Source: Vulcanimicrobiota bacterium (GTDB lineage: Bacteria > Vulcanimicrobiota > Vulcanimicrobiia > Vulcanimicrobiales > Vulcanimicrobiaceae). From it: a DNA stretch of 64,000 nucleotides. The position numbers and the translations under genes were made by a program. Shown here one piece after another: positions 59,979 to 64,000 of the stretch (position 1 is its first letter; each line of letters begins with the position of its first letter). The stretch spans positions 224,001-288,000 of the forward strand of contig CAVZQC010000004.1 in NCBI GenBank assembly GCA_963777315.1. Reading direction: 5' to 3'. A model generated the notes under the pieces. That model saw nothing but the letters and a program-made list of their open reading frames with translations, did not search any database and was not told where the DNA came from.

Positions 59979-61460
59979 CTATGGCGCGAGAACGACGCGG
60001 GCGTGGCTTCCCCCGCCCGGCCGGCGTTCGACGTTGAAGTCTCCGGCGAGTTGTGAAATTAAAAACAATCCGCGTCCGCGCTCGCTGAACAAGTCGTGCG
60101 GGAGGCGGGGCAGAAATTGGAAGCCGGGACCCTTGTCGGTAACGTGCAGGATGAATGCATCCGGACGGACTTCCAAAAATGCTTCGGCGGTGCCGGGCGC
60201 ATACCGCACGAGGTTGGCCATCAGTTCGGCGAAGATCACTTCGAAATTGAACAGCCGCTGCGGATCGAATCCGTTGAGTGCGAGCTCGTCGGACATCTCC
60301 AGGCGCACGCGCGTGGCCACGTCGTGCCAGCGCGGATCGAATCGCCAACGCTTGACGGGTCCCACGGCCCCGACGTGTACGGCCAAAATTGCAACGTCGT
60401 CGCGCGAATGCGCGGGCAGCACGCGTTCGTAGATTCGCCGGGCATACCCGCTTTCTCGCGGATCGATCTGCTCGAGCGCGCTGCGCACGTGCCGTTCCCC
60501 TTCGACGACGTCGTGCGAGGCTTCGGTTAGACCGTCGGTGTACAGCAGCACGATCGACTGCGGTTCCAAATGCGTATAGTGCGCCTCGACGTGCATGCCG
60601 AATTCGGGCAATCCGAGCGGCGTGCCGTGGCCGCGCAGCGGCTGCACGGATCCGTCCGGCGCCCGCACGAACGGCGGCGGGTGACCCGCATTGGCATACG
60701 CGCAGTTTTGCGTGACCGGATCGATGATCGCGACGAACGTAGTGACGTAGCGCTCGGGGTATTGATCGCGCAGCGCACGGTCTGCGGCTTGCAGCATGAG
60801 CACGGGATCGGCGTGGATGTGAGCCACTCCGCGCATCGTCTGACGCACGTTGACCATTGCCACCGCGGCTTTTAGGCCGGATCCCATGACGTCGCCGATC
60901 GACACGACGAAACGCCCGTCGCTCAAGCGAAACGCATCGTACCAGTCGCCGCCGACGAGCGCTTCCGCGCGACCGGCTTCGTAGATCGCCTCAAAGCGGT
61001 AGCCGGGAACTTCCGGAAGCGGGGCGCTGAGCGCTGCGTTCTGAAACGTCAGCGAAACGCGCTGCTCGCGTGCGTACAGTATGGCGTTATGGAGTGCTTG
61101 CGCGCAGCGCGCAGCGGCCAGCTGCAAAAACTCCTGCGTGGCGAGCGCGTCACGCCCGCGGATGCGCAGATGCAGCGAACCCAAGAACTCGCCGGCGGCT
61201 CGCAGCGGCAAAACCAGCGTTTCTCCTTCGGATTCCTCGGCTGAGTGATGTGCGTCCAGCCGGGCGACGATGCGCGCTTCGCCCTGTTCGTCGGGCATGG
61301 TGACGAACGCCCACGTCGCGATTCGAGGCACGAAGAATTCCAGCACCACGTCCCAGCGGTGGGCAACTTCAAGCGAATCAAAAAGCGAAGACGAGAGCTG
61401 GTCCAGCAAAACGAGCTGAAAAGCGTCCAGCCGGTCAACGCGGGAAACTGAGGCGGGCAC
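59979..61460 (-). CDS. SpoIIE/RsbU-type PP2C phosphatase with degenerate GAF and C-terminal RsbW-like HATPase
   Basis: VGGDWYD, GDVMGSG, NAGHPPP, YTDGLTE, DDVA; ELMANLVRY...DKGPGF...ERGRGLFLI. Confidence 0.92.
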   Translation of the reverse strand: MPASVSRVDRLDAFQLVLLDQLSSSLFDSLEVAHRWDVVLEFFVPRIATWAFVTMPDEQGEARIVARLDAHHSAEESEGETLVLPLRAAGEFLGSLHLRIRGRDALATQEFLQLAAARCAQALHNAILYAREQRVSLTFQNAALSAPLPEVPGYRFEAIYEAGRAEALVGGDWYDAFRLSDGRFVVSIGDVMGSGLKAAVAMVNVRQTMRGVAHIHADPVLMLQAADRALRDQYPERYVTTFVAIIDPVTQNCAYANAGHPPPFVRAPDGSVQPLRGHGTPLGLPEFGMHVEAHYTHLEPQSIVLLYTDGLTEASHDVVEGERHVRSALEQIDPRESGYARRIYERVLPAHSRDDVAILAVHVGAVGPVKRWRFDPRWHDVATRVRLEMSDELALNGFDPQRLFNFEVIFAELMANLVRYAPGTAEAFLEVRPDAFILHVTDKGPGFQFLPRLPHDLFSERGRGLFLISQLAGDFNVERRPGGGSHARVVLAP

Positions 61461-61499
61461 GTTGCTGGCATTATGCCCGCCGAACGGCGGGTTAAGCAG

Positions 61500-62078
61500 C
61501 TACACCATGCCGGCGCGAATGGCGCAAACCGCGACCTGCGTGCGCGCGGTCAAGTTCATTTTGGCAAGGATGTGCGATATGTGGTTCTTGACGGTCTTGT
61601 CGCTGAGCGAAAGCCGCGAGCTGATCTCTTTGTTGGAAAGGCCTTCGGCGACCAGGCGCACGACTTCCAATTCGCGCTGTGAAAGAGCGGCAAGAGCATT
61701 GCGCTCGGAACAACCGGCTTGCTCATCCGCACCCTTGGCAGGCAATTCCATCGGCTGCGCAGCCGCCATCTGCTTGATCGTTTTCAGCACTTCCGCGATC
61801 GTCATGTCGCGCAGCGCGTCGAGCGCGAACAGTCTTGCGCCCGGAGCTACTCGCTGGAGGTGTGCCGATGCGGCGCTGTGGCTCTGGGCCCCCGACTGGT
61901 CGAGGATGACAACGTCCGGACGCAGGCGCGCTATCGGAGCAGCCGCGAGCGAGCCGGCGTGATCGAGAACGTCGATGCCGTCATCGAGGTCCAGTACTTT
62001 GCTCAATGTCCGTCTGATGAGCGGATCTTTGCCGACGACCATGACGCGCGGTCCGGCCGTGTGAGGTGCGAGGGCCAT
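61500..62078 (-). CDS. NarL/LuxR family response regulator with atypical receiver
   Basis: PDVVILD receiver remnant; LSQRELEV...GLSNKEI...SDKTVKNH HTH; SD GGGGAG. Confidence 0.9.
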   Translation of the reverse strand: MALAPHTAGPRVMVVGKDPLIRRTLSKVLDLDDGIDVLDHAGSLAAAPIARLRPDVVILDQSGAQSHSAASAHLQRVAPGARLFALDALRDMTIAEVLKTIKQMAAAQPMELPAKGADEQAGCSERNALAALSQRELEVVRLVAEGLSNKEISSRLSLSDKTVKNHISHILAKMNLTARTQVAVCAIRAGMV

Positions 62079-62287
62079 CCTTGTCTACTCCCCTGTCGAG
62101 CTCCATGCGCCCGAACTGCACCCTTGTTAGCCTTCCTCACCGGCGAAAGGTCGCAAGGGTATGCCGCTAGTGTATCCAAGGCGTTTTTCATAGTCCTTAC
62201 GGCCCACCTGGCTGCGCTTACAAAGACCTTACACCAAGCGGCGCGGCGGGGTAGTCGTGGAGTGGGGAACTGTCGTAGTAAGGCTGC

Positions 62288-64000
62288 GTGGCTGTTTCTA
62301 CGGGCTCGATGCTTGAGATTCGGCGCGATGCGCTTTTGGACCGGGTCGAGCGCGTGCGGCCGAAGATCACCGCTCTCATCGCGCCGGCGGGATTCGGAAA
62401 ATCTACCCTGGCTCGCCAGCTCATTGCAGGCAGGGCGGCTGCAGTCTGCGACGCCGAAGGCGTAACGGACGAACTCGACCTGGCTCGCCGGCTCGTGCCG
62501 GCCCTAGCCGTGGAAAGCCCAATCCGCACCCATACGCTGACCCAGCGCGAACTGATGCTCGGGGACGGCGGCACCAGCGTAGCTCAGCGCGTGAACTTGG
62601 CGCTCGAGGCTTGGAAAGCCCCGACGGACGACACGATGTTCGTGTTCGAAAACGTCGAGCACATCGGACGCAGTCCGGCGGCGCGGGACTTTTTCGCGCG
62701 TCTGCTCACCCAGCGCGGTGAAGGTCGCGCCATCGTCATTTGCTCGCGAGAGAATTTGCGCGTGCACCTCACGCGCTTTGCGTCGCCGCACGAGATCCTC
62801 ACGCTGCGCGCGGAACATTTAGCCTTCGATCGGTCTGAATTGGGCCGCCTCTTTCCGACGCGCGACGGCGAACCGAATTTTTTGCCGCGCATCATGCGCC
62901 TGTCGCAAGGGTGGCCGATTGCCGTCTTTTTGCTCAAGCGCTTTGCAAGTGAAGGGCGCATCGACGAGCTGCTCGAGAGTTTGGACGACGTCGCGTTCGA
63001 CGAACTGCACGATTATCTGGCCGATCAGGTACTGGCTTCGCTCGATCCCGAACTGGTGAACGCACTGTTTGCCTGCGCCTGCATACCGCACGCGACCATG
63101 GCGGATTTGCAGGCGGCGATTCCGACCGGCGCGGCAGTCCGCGACCTTGCCGCGTTCGCGCGCGAGTCGCCGTTTTTGACGCGAACGAACGCAGGCGAAT
63201 TCGTGCTGCATCCTCTTCTGGCGGCGCTGCTCGTCGAGCACCGCGAAGAGCAGCGCGACGAACTGGTTGCACGCACGGCGCAGGTGCACGAAGACGCGGG
63301 CCGCTACCAGCGCGCGTCGGAACTGCATTTGACGCGCGGCGATGCCGCCGCGGCGGCGCACGCGCTGGGCCAGCACGAAGTCATCCGCGACCCCGCACCG
63401 TCGATGGAATACGCACGGGTGCTGTCTTCGCTGGATCGCTCTTTGGTGCAGCGCTATCCGCGCCTGTGGGCGGTCACCGCGCTGCTGCGCATATTCTGCG
63501 TCGACACCGAGGAACTGCTCGACGAAGCAGAGTCGCTGTGGCGCACGCTCTCACCGGACGCTTCGCCCACCGAGCGATACTACATTCTGGTCTTTCGCGT
63601 ACTGTTCATGAGCTACATCGGCCTGCTGGAAGAAGCGGTCGACGTTCTGGAACGTTTCAGCGCCGAGCAGGGCGTGGGCGAGCGGCCCAAAGATCACTTT
63701 GAAGGATATTTGTTCTATTTGCTGGGCCTCATGCGCGGGCGTCTGGGACTCATTTCGCAGGCGGAGCGCGATTTGACGCTGGCATTGCCGCTGATCGGCG
63801 GCATGGACGTCATGACCTCCGGTACGCTGCTCGCGCTGGGCACCGACGTCGCGCGGGTACGCGGCGAATACGCGATTGCGCGCCAATTCGTCGACCGCGC
63901 CCTGGAGTCGGCGCGTCGATCGGGTTTGTACAATTTCGTGGCGTTCGATCTGGCGGAAGCGGCCCTGGGCGCGTGGCTGGCGTCCGACGACGCGGCGCTT
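62288..64000 (+). CDS. MalT-like ATP-dependent transcriptional regulator (runs off the window end)
   Basis: Read by hand: RRDALLDR...LIAPAGFGKSTL (Walker A), FVFENVE, LAFD, SQGWPIA, LHDYLADQVL; missing from the ORF track, consistent with no stop before 64000; start at GTG 62288 or ATG 62309. Confidence 0.88.
   Translation, partial: MAVSTGSMLEIRRDALLDRVERVRPKITALIAPAGFGKSTLARQLIAGRAAAVCDAEGVTDELDLARRLVPALAVESPIRTHTLTQRELMLGDGGTSVAQRVNLALEAWKAPTDDTMFVFENVEHIGRSPAARDFFARLLTQRGEGRAIVICSRENLRVHLTRFASPHEILTLRAEHLAFDRSELGRLFPTRDGEPNFLPRIMRLSQGWPIAVFLLKRFASEGRIDELLESLDDVAFDELHDYLADQVLASLDPELVNALFACACIPHATMADLQAAIPTGAAVRDLAAFARESPFLTRTNAGEFVLHPLLAALLVEHREEQRDELVARTAQVHEDAGRYQRASELHLTRGDAAAAAHALGQHEVIRDPAPSMEYARVLSSLDRSLVQRYPRLWAVTALLRIFCVDTEELLDEAESLWRTLSPDASPTERYYILVFRVLFMSYIGLLEEAVDVLERFSAEQGVGERPKDHFEGYLFYLLGLMRGRLGLISQAERDLTLALPLIGGMDVMTSGTLLALGTDVARVRGEYAIARQFVDRALESARRSGLYNFVAFDLAEAALGAWLASDDAAL

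Noticed and set aside
62130..62165. c-di-GMP-I riboswitch suggested by GGCGAAAGGTCGCAAG
   Set aside because: Lacks the GGCAAA...GAAA...GACGCAAAG architecture and second stem.

Overview
GC-rich (roughly 63% by eye) bacterial chromosomal window, densely coding, with no rRNA, tRNA, CRISPR array or transposase that I can support. The mix of a Terrabacteria-type RpoC with outer-membrane genes (two TonB-dependent receptors, TamB, a Skp-like protein), DUF5069 and several MalT/LuxR regulators suggests a diderm Terrabacteria soil lineage such as Candidatus Eremiobacterota/Vulcanimicrobiota (inference). Main content: (1) a stress/metabolism block (GNAT, YoaK, FAD/Fe-S oxidoreductase, TPP pyruvate oxidase-like); (2) an rpoC with no rpoB beside it, with its own sigma70-like promoter and a structured leader; (3) a complete group 1h (high-affinity) [NiFe]-hydrogenase locus of about 17 kb: divergent hypA-hypB-NiCoT-CaCA antiporter, and hemerythrin-hhyS-hhyL-NifU/Rieske-accessory genes-protease-hypCDE-double SIS-glutaredoxin-hypF-permuted NlpC/P60-like gene; (4) a TonB receptor-phosphoesterase-threonine dehydratase operon facing a large ATP-binding LuxR regulator; (5) TM0106 nuclease-helicase plus DEDDh exonuclease; (6) orphan peptide-binding lipoprotein plus MFS; (7) an envelope/signalling run (pilin-like, long Skp-like, frameshifted tamB, delta-9 desaturase, GAF, PP2C-HATPase, atypical response regulator, partial MalT-like regulator). 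The most striking non-coding pattern is a GGG(A/C/T)A(A/C/T) hexamer exactly 9 nt before the start codon of six transcription-unit-first genes. It suggests a SigB/SigF-like regulon of leaderless mRNAs that may also drive both arms of the hydrogenase locus. Family assignments come from motif recognition only; no searches were run.
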